Shown here in pieces: positions 19,419 to 29,971 of a DNA stretch of 64,000 nucleotides. A program made the translations under genes and the position numbers. The stretch lies in the NCBI GenBank assembly GCA_965656185.1, contig CBFHJH010000001.1:291089-355088 (forward strand), in the 5' to 3' direction. Below the pieces are notes generated by a model. That model saw nothing but the letters and a program-made list of their open reading frames with translations. It was not told the origin of the DNA and did not search any database. The DNA comes from Croceimicrobium sp. (GTDB taxonomy: Bacteria > Bacteroidota > Bacteroidia > Flavobacteriales > Schleiferiaceae). Every line of letters starts with the position of its first letter. Positions within the stretch are counted from its first letter, which is position 1.

Positions 19419-20520
19419 TAAATACCTGCTTTTGTTGGTAATGCTCCAGGCTCAGGAGGTGACTGCCTTTGCTTATGGCTCTTAGATCCAAGTTTAGCAC
19501 GTTTTTTTCTAGATCCTTAAAATTTATTGTACCAGTTTGAGCAATACCACCGTCTCGAGCATAGACCTGCCATTTAACGCCTTGGTAGGCACCAAGATTT
19601 ACTAGCTCTAGCTGAAGCGTGTCTTGAAAGTGTTTGGATCGAAGATTGGCTTGATAGGCTAGATCGCTTTGATAGTCTTGCAAAAAGCTTAGATCAGCAC
19701 GATGTAGTTTTCCCACTCGGGTAAAATTGCTCTCTTCGCTAAAGTACAGTTGGCCTTGGTTAATGGCTAAGGCTTCTTTTTGAGAAAAGTAACCCAAGTC
19801 ATATCGCAAGATCTCTAGTTCTTTGCAGTGAAGATCGGGAATGTACCACAGGTATTGATAGCCGATAAGGAATAGGTCCTTCTGATTAAAGCCTTTTTCG
19901 GCTCCGCAGACCCACATAAATTGCATCAATCCCTTGCCGATCGGGAACTCTTGGAGCAATAGGGCAGCCTGTTCGACTTCCGAATGGGGGTCTAGGTAGT
20001 AAACCTTTACTAAAGCGTCGAATGGCTTAGTACGGTTTTTAGTGAACAAAAGCAGAGAGTCGTTGCGAAAAATCATCGCTTCGAGATCGTAGTATTTCTG
20101 AGGCTCTTCAGGCGGAAAGCCACTTTGTTCTGGGTAGTAGAAATCCAGCCTTTTTTGCAAACTGAAGTCCGCTTTGGATAAGACATAGACGCTTAGATCT
20201 CTTCTGCGATTGCCATTGTTGCCAAAATCACCGATAAAGATCTCTTTTTCCGAAACTGCCATCGACTCCCAGTCTATATTTTCCAAATTCGGGAGTGCCA
20301 CTTTTTCTAATAAATTTCCTGCTGTGTCTAGGAGGAAAATGGCAGGCTCATTACCGCTATCATTGATCATCGCCAAGCGCTGATCATCCAGAAATACCAT
20401 ACCGGAACACTCTTCGAGACCATCTGGTAAATCGGTAACAACCATGCTGCCAATCCCTTGCGAAAAGCCGAGCCATGAATTTAGGAGAAAGTAAAGCTGC
20501 CAAAAAATACTGCGTATCAC
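19402..20520 (-). CDS. secreted beta-propeller-like protein with probable T9SS C-terminal domain
   Basis: Signal peptide; ECSG, NDSGN, DWES, DFGNN, DLEA repeats; CTD-like tail. Confidence 0.6.
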   Translation of the reverse strand: MIRSIFWQLYFLLNSWLGFSQGIGSMVVTDLPDGLEECSGMVFLDDQRLAMINDSGNEPAIFLLDTAGNLLEKVALPNLENIDWESMAVSEKEIFIGDFGNNGNRRRDLSVYVLSKADFSLQKRLDFYYPEQSGFPPEEPQKYYDLEAMIFRNDSLLLFTKNRTKPFDALVKVYYLDPHSEVEQAALLLQEFPIGKGLMQFMWVCGAEKGFNQKDLFLIGYQYLWYIPDLHCKELEILRYDLGYFSQKEALAINQGQLYFSEESNFTRVGKLHRADLSFLQDYQSDLAYQANLRSKHFQDTLQLELVNLGAYQGVKWQVYARDGGIAQTGTINFKDLEKNVLNLDLRAISKGSHLLSLEHYQQKQVFIIYRD

Positions 20521-21728
20521 GATCGGTAATTTAATAAACAGCCATCGCCATAGCTCAAAAAGCGGAAATCATTTTCTAAGGCATAACGGTACACCTTTTC
20601 CCAATCCTTGCCAATTAAAGAGGATACCAATAACATTAGAGTCGATTTTGGCTGATGGAAATTGGTAATCAGGGCATTAATTAACTGATGACGATAACCT
20701 GGTGCGATGATGATTTGAGTTTTAAAAGAAAGCCAGTCCTTGCCAATAGTATCCAGCAAATCCAAAAGGGCTTTTAAGCTTTCAGCTGGAATTACCCTTG
20801 GACAAGAACCGTCAAAGCCGATCCATTGCGGAATACAGATCTCCTCATCAGGATCAATTTTGCCATCTAAAAACAAGGCACCCAACCAGAACATCGACTC
20901 TAAGGCTCTTAATGAGGTTGTTCCCACTGTTACAACTGGCCTTTCTTCTTGTACCGCCGAAAGCAGTCCCTTAATGAAACTACGCTCTAAAAAGAGTTCC
21001 TCGGCATGCATTTCGTGCTCGGCTACGGAAGTGCTCACCGGTTTAAAGGTACCCGCACCTACGTGTAAAGTGAGGAAATTAATATTGCCGCCTCTAGACT
21101 TGATCCTATCGAAGATGGCGTCGTTAAAGTGAAGTCCCGCCGTTGGAGCGGCTACCGACCCCATCCGACGCGCGTAAGTGGTTTGGTAAGTCGTTTTATC
21201 TTCCGCTTCAGCTTGGCGTTTAATGTAAGGGGGAAGCGGTGTTTTTCCTGCCAACTCTAATACTTCGGCAAAAGTCAGGTCATCATTCCAACTTAAACTA
21301 ATTTCAAATTCACTATCCCGTCGACCTATTTTTTCTGCGCGTAACTTTAAGTGGCCTAGGTCTATCTCCAAAGGGTGGTCTTTCCATTTTCTGGCTCCCC
21401 CCACCAAACAGAGATAATCGATTTGCCCCTTAGCCTGCATAGCCTGCTCCATGCTCTTGTGATGGAGCGGTTCCAAACAGAATACTTCGATCAGGCTTTG
21501 CTCGTTTTTAGGAAAGAGTAAGCGGGCCTGCACTACTTTGGTTTCATTCAAGATCAACCAAGCATTTTCAGGTAATTTCTGATCGATATGTTTGTATTGA
21601 CTCTCTTCGATCTCTCCGGCATCGTAGATCAGAAGCTTGCTTTCACCTCTTGCTAGGGGATAAGCCGCGATCCGTTCTTCGGGTAAGGGGTAGTCGAATT
21701 GGTCGATATTTATATCTCGATAGGACAA
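20517..21728 (-). CDS. queA: S-adenosylmethionine:tRNA ribosyltransferase-isomerase
   Basis: PLPPYIKR, YQTTYA, SVAAPTAGLHF, LHVGAGTF, VGTTSLR, TNFHQPKSTL, FLSYGD. Confidence 0.95.
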   Translation of the reverse strand: MSYRDINIDQFDYPLPEERIAAYPLARGESKLLIYDAGEIEESQYKHIDQKLPENAWLILNETKVVQARLLFPKNEQSLIEVFCLEPLHHKSMEQAMQAKGQIDYLCLVGGARKWKDHPLEIDLGHLKLRAEKIGRRDSEFEISLSWNDDLTFAEVLELAGKTPLPPYIKRQAEAEDKTTYQTTYARRMGSVAAPTAGLHFNDAIFDRIKSRGGNINFLTLHVGAGTFKPVSTSVAEHEMHAEELFLERSFIKGLLSAVQEERPVVTVGTTSLRALESMFWLGALFLDGKIDPDEEICIPQWIGFDGSCPRVIPAESLKALLDLLDTIGKDWLSFKTQIIIAPGYRHQLINALITNFHQPKSTLMLLVSSLIGKDWEKVYRYALENDFRFLSYGDGCLLNYRS

Positions 21729-21802
21729 AGCGCAAATTTTTTGACAAAATTAATGCGGAATAGTTCTTATCCCTTACCAAATGAAAATTCTATTATTGTG
21801 CT

Positions 21803-22912
21803 ATGAAGCAGGTGGTACTATGCGTAACAAATGATTTGGTTAATGACCGGCGTGTACAACGCAGTATCGCTGTATTGCAGAAGCATGGTTATAAGACCAC
21901 TTTCGTGGGAAGAGAACTACCCGATAGCCATCCGCTCGATTTTGATTTTCCGGTAAAACGATTTAGGCTTCCTTTCCAAAAAGGCTTTCTCTTTTACGCC
22001 AGTTTTAATTTGCGATTGTTCTTTTACCTCTTGTTTTCCAAGCGATTCGATCTGTATTGGGCCAATGATCTGGATACCCTGCTACCTAATTATTTGGTGG
22101 CTAAGTTATTTTCCAAGCCCTTGGTTTACGATAGCCATGAATACTTTAAGGGAGTGCCAGAAATCCAGGACAGGCCATTGGTAAAAGGGGTTTGGACCTT
22201 ACTCGAAGCATGGATCTATCCTAAGCTTAAATACCGGCTTACCGTAAATGAAAGTATTGCCGATCTGCTAGAATCCGATTACGGAGAAAGACCCGCGGTG
22301 GTACGCAACATAGCCGAATCCTTTCTTCCGGAATTATCCAAAAGTCGTCGCGATTTAAATTTACCCGAGGAAGCATTTTTATTGATAAACCAAGGCGCAG
22401 GGATAAACGTGGACCGTGGCATGGAAGAAGCCTTCGAAGCCTTACACTTTCTTGACGAGAAGGTGCAATTGGTCTTAGTTGGGAAAGGTGATGTGGTGCC
22501 CATCTTAAAGGAAAAGGCTCAAGCAGAAGGTCTTAGCGGTAGAATTCATTTCGTAGATCCTTTGCCTTATGCCGAAATGATACAATATACGCTCAATGCA
22601 GATGTAGGTTTGTCGCTGGATAAGGATACCAATCTGAATTACCGCTTTTCATTACCCAATAAGCTTTTTGATTATATAAAATGTGGCTTACCGGTATTGA
22701 GTTCTAAGGTGGTTGAGGTAAAGCGAATCGTAGAAGGAGAGGGGCTTGGCCTAACGGTAGATGTAGAACCCGAGGCTATTGCAAAGGGGATTAAGCAATT
22801 GGCCCAACACAAGGACAAATTCACAGATGCTTTAAAAGCAGGGGCAAAAAAGCATAAATGGGAGCATGAATCGAAGCGCTTAAGCGCCTTTATTGATACG
22901 ATCGAGCTCTAA
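21803..22912 (+). CDS. glycosyltransferase family 4
   Basis: DRRV, YDSHE, RGMEE, PNKLFDY...GLPV. Confidence 0.85.
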   Translation: MKQVVLCVTNDLVNDRRVQRSIAVLQKHGYKTTFVGRELPDSHPLDFDFPVKRFRLPFQKGFLFYASFNLRLFFYLLFSKRFDLYWANDLDTLLPNYLVAKLFSKPLVYDSHEYFKGVPEIQDRPLVKGVWTLLEAWIYPKLKYRLTVNESIADLLESDYGERPAVVRNIAESFLPELSKSRRDLNLPEEAFLLINQGAGINVDRGMEEAFEALHFLDEKVQLVLVGKGDVVPILKEKAQAEGLSGRIHFVDPLPYAEMIQYTLNADVGLSLDKDTNLNYRFSLPNKLFDYIKCGLPVLSSKVVEVKRIVEGEGLGLTVDVEPEAIAKGIKQLAQHKDKFTDALKAGAKKHKWEHESKRLSAFIDTIEL

Positions 22913-23785
22913 GAGGCGTAACAGGCGATAGAGGTCGAAAAAGCCTAAACTGGGCTTGGAGGAAAGTAAGTTTTGCTTCAGTGGCTTTCGCGCCATTTGC
23001 AGTATGACGCCGACCAAAAGCTTCAACTTTAGAGCTTCTAGCTTTTGACAGAGCTTTAAAAGCGGAAAGCTCTGTCTGAATTCGGGATAGGCCTTTTGGA
23101 TGTAAAGCAAGTTAGCTAATGCTTGATCGGTCTTTTTTAGAAAGTCTATGCTATTTTCATCGGCGGGATAGAGTGAAGGCATATCGATTATAACCAGCTT
23201 ATAGCCTGCCTTTTTCAACATTAATCCGAAAAGACTGTCTTCATGCCCATAACCCTTTAAGTTTTCATCGAATTGAGCCAAATTAAAAGCTTCTGTATCA
23301 ATTAGAAAACAATTCGTTTGAAAGCTTTGGAAATTCGATTTAGCGTCCCGGTCAGATTCTCTTATCTCTCGATTTTTAGCGTATTTAAACCTTAATTCAC
23401 AATGCTTTAGGGGTTTAGTAGTGGAAAGCTTTTTGCCGCCTACCACGACCCCCCCTTTTTGAGCAGCATTCCAGTAGCTTGCTACGAAATTGGCATTGTC
23501 GATTTGAGCATCACCATCTATCATCATAAGGTATTCGCCCTGACAATGGGCTGCTAATCGATTACGGGCCGCTGCTCTACCAAGGTTTTTACCCGCAAGA
23601 ACGAGCTTAATCAAGGCGTCCTGCTCAAATTTATCCTTTAGAAGTACTTGATGATCTTCACCCGAACCGTCGTCATAAATAATGATCTCAGCTTCCAGGT
23701 TCAAGCTGCGAAGTTGTAGCTTAAGCTGGTCGACCAAGGGCTCTGGGTCTAGTTGATACACCAGTATCCCAAGCGAGAGCTGCAT
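22880..23785 (-). CDS. glycosyltransferase family 2
   Basis: YDDGS, GRAAARN, MIDGD, FDENLKGYGHED. Confidence 0.85.
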   Translation of the reverse strand: MQLSLGILVYQLDPEPLVDQLKLQLRSLNLEAEIIIYDDGSGEDHQVLLKDKFEQDALIKLVLAGKNLGRAAARNRLAAHCQGEYLMMIDGDAQIDNANFVASYWNAAQKGGVVVGGKKLSTTKPLKHCELRFKYAKNREIRESDRDAKSNFQSFQTNCFLIDTEAFNLAQFDENLKGYGHEDSLFGLMLKKAGYKLVIIDMPSLYPADENSIDFLKKTDQALANLLYIQKAYPEFRQSFPLLKLCQKLEALKLKLLVGVILQMARKPLKQNLLSSKPSLGFFDLYRLLRLLELDRINKGA

Positions 23786-24472
23786 TTAGAGCGTATTTTG
23801 AACGGTGTTGATCACTTTCCCTTGCTGACATTTCAAGGTTTCATGCGGAAACTTTAAAATCAAAGAGTAATCGTGGGTAGCCATCAGAATTGCGCGACCG
23901 CTATTGGAGATCTGTTCCAGTAAGATCATGATCTCTTCGGAAGTAGAAGGATCTAGATTACCGGTAGGCTCATCGGCTAAAATAATCTGTGGGTCATTAA
24001 GTAAAGATCGCGCAATAGCAACCCTCTGTTGTTCACCGCCCGAAAGTTGATGTGGCATTTTCTGGGCATTGGCAGCCATATTAACCTTATCCAAAACTTC
24101 GGTGATCTTTTTCTGGATCTCCTTTTTAGAGGTCCATCCAGTAGCTTGTAAGACGAACTTTAGATTATCGTGCACACTGCGGTCGTTGAGCAGTTGAAAG
24201 TCTTGAAATACAATACCAATACGGCGTCTTAAGGTCGGGATGTCCTTTTCGCGGAGTTTCCTTAGATCTATTCCAGACACTTCACCCGAGCCAGAGGCGA
24301 GAGGTAGATCACCGTATAAAGTCTTAAGTAAACTCGACTTACCACTTCCGGTAGAGCCTATGAGGTATTGAAAGTCACCCTGACTTACTAAGAGATCTAC
24401 AGCTTCCAATATGGTCTTGCCTCCCTGTTTTATGGTGGCGTCGGTTAATCGAATAATGGGATCTCCTCGCAT
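23786..24472 (-). CDS. ftsE: FtsE-like stand-alone ABC ATPase
   Basis: GSTGSGKS, IGIVFQDFQLL, LSGGEQQR, ADEPTGNLD; no ftsX adjacent, so the symbol is tentative. Confidence 0.7.
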   Translation of the reverse strand: MRGDPIIRLTDATIKQGGKTILEAVDLLVSQGDFQYLIGSTGSGKSSLLKTLYGDLPLASGSGEVSGIDLRKLREKDIPTLRRRIGIVFQDFQLLNDRSVHDNLKFVLQATGWTSKKEIQKKITEVLDKVNMAANAQKMPHQLSGGEQQRVAIARSLLNDPQIILADEPTGNLDPSTSEEIMILLEQISNSGRAILMATHDYSLILKFPHETLKCQQGKVINTVQNTL

Positions 24473-24625
24473 ATGCTCTTTTCTACAAATTTATAGGAAG
24501 CCTTAATGAACCGGGCTCCAAAGTTCAATAATAATTAACAGCTCGCGTTTAAAACTTATTGTTCAGCTAAAAAAGAGGCCTATTAATTACCGCTACTTTA
24601 GAATTCAGAAAAATAGATTCCTAAT

Positions 24626-27600
24626 ATGCGGATATACAAGGTTTTAGCACTTGTACTCGGTTTCTCATTAGCTTCTACGTTGCTCTCGGCGCAGGTTAAT
24701 GAAAGCTTTCGTGCGGTTAATACCGAGCTCGAAACAGCCATGGAGCTTTTCGAAAAGCAACAGTATGGCAACGCTCAGTTGCTATTTGATAAACTTGGTA
24801 AAGATCTCTCGCTAAGCAACGAGACGCGTATGAATGCGCATTATTATGCCAGCGTTTGTGCCATTGAGCTTTACCGAGGTGATATAAAGGAAAGAGTAGA
24901 AGAGTTTGCGCGAATTTATGAAACGAGCCCCCTGCGCAATCGCTTGTGGCTGCGTTATGCCAATAATCTCTTCAGCTTAAAGCGATACCGACAGGCAATA
25001 GATTATTATGAAAAGGTAGATTACTACAGCTTATCGGATAAAGCGCATGCCGAATTACAATTCAAGTTGGCCTATTCTTATTTGCAAAATGAGAATGCTC
25101 GTGAAGCAGAGGCTTTGTTCTTTAAGCTCAAGGACGGCGAGAGTGCTTATGCCTCTTCGGCCCGCTATTATTATGCTCATCTACGTTACAGTGCCGAAGA
25201 CTATTCCAAGGCCCTGACCAATTTCTTGCCATTGCAGGAAGACCCCAACTTCGGCCCCTTGGTGCCCTACTATTTGGCTCATATTTACTACGCCTTGGAA
25301 GATTACGATAAATTAGTGGAAGTAGGCGAGGATTTGATCCAAACCGCCAGCCCTTCGCGAGCACCTGAAATTGCCAAGCTATTGGCCGATGCCTTTTACC
25401 AGCGTGAAGATTATTCCAATACCCTGAAATACGTAGAGTTGTATCAGGCTAAAGGAGGCAAAATGCGTTTACAAGATCACTACCAAGCTGGTTATTCCTA
25501 CTACCAAGAACAACATTATCCACAGGCCATAGCTGCCTTCAATAAGATCAGTGCGGGACCTGAAGATATTCGTCAAAATGCCTATTATCATTTAGCCGAT
25601 GCCTATTTGAAAGTAGGGGAGCGCAATCAAGCCTTGGTGGCTTTTAAAGCCGCCTCCGACTTAGATGAAAATCAAAAGATTACCGAAGATGCTTATTACA
25701 ATTACGCCAAGCTGAGTTATGAGATGGCCAGTCCATTTAGAGATGTGATTCAGATCTTCAAGGATTATCTGCGCCAATATCCCAATAGTCGCCACAAGAA
25801 AAAGGTGAACGAGTATTTGGCAAATATTTACATCACTTCAAAGGACTACGATAAAGCGATGGATGCCATTAAAGTGGCAGGTTTGGACAGTCCAGAGATG
25901 CGGGCGGTTTTTCAGAAAATTGCTTTCTATCGTGCGACAGAACTGTTTAACTCTGGCGCATTGAAAGGAGCTTTGGATCGTTTTCAACAGTCAGCTCAAT
26001 ATCCGGAAGACAAAGCTTTAGCTACTTTAAGTCTTTATTGGCAAGGCGAATGCCAGTATCGCTTGGAGGATTATCCAGCGGCAGAGCGTTCCCTAGAACA
26101 GTTTAGAGCCGGTACGGGAGCCGCGGCCCAAGAGGTATACAATCGTTCTTTTTATAATAGCGCCTATATCGCCTATAAACAGTTCGATTTTCAGAAGGCA
26201 GCGGGTTTGTTCCGTGCCTTTAGTCGCGATGCCGATCCAAGCGACCCACGGTTGTCCGATGCCTACCTTCGCTTAGGAGATGCTTACCTTTTAACCGGAG
26301 GGTATTTACTCGCCAATGACTTTTACAGCAAGGCGATCCAAGCCGGAATTAAGGATGTTGATTACGCCTATTTTCAGAAGGCAGAGTGCTATGGTTTAGA
26401 GGGGAAAGCCCCCAAAAAGGTTGAGCAATTGCAGCAGCTCTACACTAAATTCCCCGAAAGTCCATATGCCGAAAGGTCGCTCTATGAGATTGCACTCACG
26501 CAATTACAGATGGAAGATTATCCCGCTGCTTTAAAAGCGTTTAGCGCTTATGAAAATGCCTATCCACAGAGTGATCGTCGGCCAGAAATTGGCTTAAAGC
26601 GAGGTCTGATCTTTTCGAATCAAGATCAAAATCAGAAAGCGATCGATCAGTATAAGTTCGTTGTAGACAATTATCCGGGCACCAAAGAGTCTATCGAGGC
26701 GGTCCGCCTGGCAGAGATCAATTACAAACGCATGCAAAATATTGATGCTTATTTGGATTGGGTGGCCACCATAGATTTTATCGACTATGAGGAGTCGCAA
26801 TTAGATAGCACAGCGTATGCCGCAGCATTCGACGTTTATGCCGCTGCGGATTACCAGCAAGCAGTGCCGGGTTTCCAGTCTTATTTACGGCGTTTTCCCC
26901 GGGGGATCTTTTTGGAGCCCGCCTTGTATTACGCGGCTCAATCGGCAGTAAGGATTCAGTCTGATTCTTTGGCCTACCATTTTTATGAGAACCTAATACC
27001 GATCGCCACTTTAGAGCATAGAGCAGAAGCCTTGGCCTACACCGCAAAAAAGGATCTTAACGATAGTTCCTTTGTGAAAGCCCTGCAAAGGTTTGAGCGT
27101 TTAAATGCTTTGGCACAGAGTAATGAACAGAGTTTGGTCGCACAGCAAGGTGCTTTAAAGGCTGCCTGGGCTTTACGCGATAGCATTAAAGCTGATAGCT
27201 ATGCAGCCCTTATACTGAAGCGCTCCGATCTTGATCGTAATAGCCAAAAAAGCCCCTTGAGAATTAAAGCCCTGATCGCTCTAGGCTCTGAGCAGTGGAG
27301 CCGAGCGATGAGCCTTTACGATAAGCTTTTAAGTATTAGTGATGGCTCGCTCAAGGCGGAATCGTATTATTACCAAGCTTTGATCTTGCAAAAGCAAGCC
27401 TTTCATGATAGCAGTAATTCTAAGATCAATATAATGATCGAGGAACTGCCTAGTTATCGCGAGTGGAAGTTGAAAGCCTTGTATTTAATGGCTTACAATT
27501 TCTGGAAGTTAGATGACATATTCCAAGCCAATTACATTCTGGATTTTATCTTAGAGAGTGAGGCAGATGCAGATCTGAAGGCTAAAGCACAGGCTTTAAA

Positions 27601-27763
27601 GGATGAGATCGCTGAAGCAGAGGAGCAGGCTTTGGCTCAAAAGGAACGTCTCCTTAAGGAGCAATCGATGCCAATAATTTTAGATGCAGAAGGTCAACTC
27701 CAGATCTTAGACTTCCCTGCTAATGAAGAACCGCTCGAAGACCCCGAAATTATTGAGAAATAG
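24626..27763 (+). CDS. large periplasmic TPR-repeat protein
   Basis: Signal peptide; many A-x-Y-x-L/A-x-Y TPR units over about 1000 aa. Confidence 0.85.
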   Translation: MRIYKVLALVLGFSLASTLLSAQVNESFRAVNTELETAMELFEKQQYGNAQLLFDKLGKDLSLSNETRMNAHYYASVCAIELYRGDIKERVEEFARIYETSPLRNRLWLRYANNLFSLKRYRQAIDYYEKVDYYSLSDKAHAELQFKLAYSYLQNENAREAEALFFKLKDGESAYASSARYYYAHLRYSAEDYSKALTNFLPLQEDPNFGPLVPYYLAHIYYALEDYDKLVEVGEDLIQTASPSRAPEIAKLLADAFYQREDYSNTLKYVELYQAKGGKMRLQDHYQAGYSYYQEQHYPQAIAAFNKISAGPEDIRQNAYYHLADAYLKVGERNQALVAFKAASDLDENQKITEDAYYNYAKLSYEMASPFRDVIQIFKDYLRQYPNSRHKKKVNEYLANIYITSKDYDKAMDAIKVAGLDSPEMRAVFQKIAFYRATELFNSGALKGALDRFQQSAQYPEDKALATLSLYWQGECQYRLEDYPAAERSLEQFRAGTGAAAQEVYNRSFYNSAYIAYKQFDFQKAAGLFRAFSRDADPSDPRLSDAYLRLGDAYLLTGGYLLANDFYSKAIQAGIKDVDYAYFQKAECYGLEGKAPKKVEQLQQLYTKFPESPYAERSLYEIALTQLQMEDYPAALKAFSAYENAYPQSDRRPEIGLKRGLIFSNQDQNQKAIDQYKFVVDNYPGTKESIEAVRLAEINYKRMQNIDAYLDWVATIDFIDYEESQLDSTAYAAAFDVYAAADYQQAVPGFQSYLRRFPRGIFLEPALYYAAQSAVRIQSDSLAYHFYENLIPIATLEHRAEALAYTAKKDLNDSSFVKALQRFERLNALAQSNEQSLVAQQGALKAAWALRDSIKADSYAALILKRSDLDRNSQKSPLRIKALIALGSEQWSRAMSLYDKLLSISDGSLKAESYYYQALILQKQAFHDSSNSKINIMIEELPSYREWKLKALYLMAYNFWKLDDIFQANYILDFILESEADADLKAKAQALKDEIAEAEEQALAQKERLLKEQSMPIILDAEGQLQILDFPANEEPLEDPEIIEK

Positions 27764-27764
27764 C

Positions 27765-29483
27765 ATGAAAAAACTAGCATTAAATATTTTGATCCTAAGT
27801 AGCTTTTCTCTCTGGGCCCAGCCCGATGATGAAAACTTAGGGCAGTTCGAACTGAGTGTTACCGATCGCTATAAGGCCCAGGTGATGGATGCCCGGAAGA
27901 TTTTGGAACGCCCCAGTTATAAGGATAGCATTAATCAAAAACTGGCGGTAGACTACCAGATCTTTAGCACTCCCATTAGTGTGAAAATGCAGCCCGATAA
28001 CCTAAAACCGGCGCGGATTGCCAAAATTGAAGTACCGGAATTGTATAAAGGTTATGTACGCTTAGGTTATGGTATGTACAATACTGGGCTGGTAGAAGCC
28101 TATTACAACAGCGGGCGCAGCAGTAAGCAGAGTTACGGTTTTTCGGCGCGACATCTCTCCAGTAAAGATGGAGTAGAGGATAGGGTATTTGATGACAATG
28201 GATTCTCTCGCAACCACATTGAGGGCTTCTACAATCGCTACTACCGAAAATTTACTTGGCATACATCGGCTCAAGTGGACTTGGATAAATTTACTTATTA
28301 CGGCAGTCCAGTCCTTGGTTTAAGCACCAATGAAGACAGTGCCCGCGGTGTAGCTCCCTATAATTGGTATCGCACCTACAGCATTCGCAGTTCCATCAAG
28401 GAGGCGCTTCCGCAATATTTAGGATGGATGGAGGAATTGGCCCTTGAAGCCCGACATTTTGACGATAACTACCAGAGTCAGGAGCAGGATTTCCAGCTAA
28501 AGACCGATTGGGTGCTGCCAGCCGGTAGTCAAGATCTTAACCTAGATTTGAATTTCGCCTATTTCCAAAATTCTATCGATAGCCTATATCCTGGTATCAA
28601 TGACACTGTAGCCTATGATCAGAGTACTTTCCAGTTTCAGGCCCGTCCCAATATTCATTTAGAGCGCGAGGATTACAGTTTCGACTTCGGTCTAAATTTG
28701 TATATCCTCGATCAACAAGATAGTCGCCCCAATTTAGGTGATGGTCGTATTTTCTTCTTTCCAGAGTTGATTTTGAATTATAAACTGGTTCCTGGAGTAC
28801 TTCGTATAAAGGCGGGGATTAAAGGAGAATTGCAGAGAAATACCTTCCAAGACCTTAGTCAGTTAAGTCCTTTCTTGGCTCCTGGGCAATTGACCCGAGC
28901 CGGAGGCGAAAACCGTTTGTTTGCAGCTATGGAGGGAATCCTTGCTAGCAATCTAGGCTTTAGTTTAGAAGGTGGTTATCAAGCATTTCGCAATCGTGCT
29001 TTCCTGTATACTAATCCCAGTGGTTTACAAGTACAGGACCAATTATTCGTGAACGTTCGTTATCAAGACATCGACGTGTACTACGCTAAGGGTGCTCTCG
29101 ACTTTAATTGGCAGGAGAAGTTATTAGCTAAATTGAGTGCTACGGCACGCAGTTTTTCCCCCCGAAATAATGGAGAGCAAGCTTGGTATTTGCCTTATTT
29201 CGAAGCTCAGTTAAGTACCCGTTATAACTTACGTGATAAGATAGGTTTACAGCTAGCCTTGGACTACATTGGCGCTCGAAGAGCTTTAGATCAGCGCTAT
29301 CCCAATTATGAGCCGCTGTTAGAACCTTATGTGGACTTAGGTCTAAAGATCGATTATCGTTATAATTCCCGCATTGGCGCGTTTGTTAGCGCTAGTAATC
29401 TGCTTAATTCTCAGTATGATATCCTTTTGGGGTATAGGGCTCAGAGTGTAGGGGTGATCTTCGGTCTCAATTATCGATTCTGA
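27765..29483 (+). CDS. outer-membrane beta-barrel (TonB-dependent-receptor-like); start likely MKKLAL
   Basis: Signal peptide, alternating aromatic strands, C-terminal GLNYRF. Confidence 0.75.
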   Translation: MKKLALNILILSSFSLWAQPDDENLGQFELSVTDRYKAQVMDARKILERPSYKDSINQKLAVDYQIFSTPISVKMQPDNLKPARIAKIEVPELYKGYVRLGYGMYNTGLVEAYYNSGRSSKQSYGFSARHLSSKDGVEDRVFDDNGFSRNHIEGFYNRYYRKFTWHTSAQVDLDKFTYYGSPVLGLSTNEDSARGVAPYNWYRTYSIRSSIKEALPQYLGWMEELALEARHFDDNYQSQEQDFQLKTDWVLPAGSQDLNLDLNFAYFQNSIDSLYPGINDTVAYDQSTFQFQARPNIHLEREDYSFDFGLNLYILDQQDSRPNLGDGRIFFFPELILNYKLVPGVLRIKAGIKGELQRNTFQDLSQLSPFLAPGQLTRAGGENRLFAAMEGILASNLGFSLEGGYQAFRNRAFLYTNPSGLQVQDQLFVNVRYQDIDVYYAKGALDFNWQEKLLAKLSATARSFSPRNNGEQAWYLPYFEAQLSTRYNLRDKIGLQLALDYIGARRALDQRYPNYEPLLEPYVDLGLKIDYRYNSRIGAFVSASNLLNSQYDILLGYRAQSVGVIFGLNYRF

Positions 29484-29510
29484 TTTAACAGCAAATTTTA
29501 GCTTTGCAGC

Positions 29511-29960
29511 ATGAAGGATGGCCAAGACCTGTTTGAGAATCCCATAAAAATTCGCTGGAGTGATTTAGACCCGATCGGTCACGTAAGGCATTCGGTCTAT
29601 TACGATTTAGCTGCTCAGCTGCGGACGGAGCTATTCATTGAGCGAAATATAAGGGTGGAAGAAATGACCCGCTTGGGATTTGGCCCGATCTTATTCGAAG
29701 AAAAGGCCACTTTTTTAAAGGAACTTCACTTTGGTGATAAGCTAATCATGAATGGTGGGCTTTCGGGGTTGCGACGCGACTACAGTCGTTTTGCTTTTCG
29801 ACATCAAATTATTCGTGATGGGGAGATTTTATGTGCAACGGTGGAAGTGCTGGGAGCATGGATCGACCTAGGTAAAAGAAAACTCACAATTCCGCCAGAG
29901 GAATTCTTAGATAAGCTTAGTAACTTACCTCGCCATTCAGATTTTAAATGGCTTGATTAA
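29511..29960 (+). CDS. hot-dog acyl-CoA thioesterase
   Basis: IRWSDLDPIGHVRHSVY. Confidence 0.85.
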   Translation: MKDGQDLFENPIKIRWSDLDPIGHVRHSVYYDLAAQLRTELFIERNIRVEEMTRLGFGPILFEEKATFLKELHFGDKLIMNGGLSGLRRDYSRFAFRHQIIRDGEILCATVEVLGAWIDLGKRKLTIPPEEFLDKLSNLPRHSDFKWLD

Positions 29961-29971
29961 ATTAACAGGAA

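Noticed and set aside
27723-27764. longer start of the beta-barrel gene
   Set aside because: It overlaps the TPR gene; MKKLAL at 27765 gives a normal signal peptide
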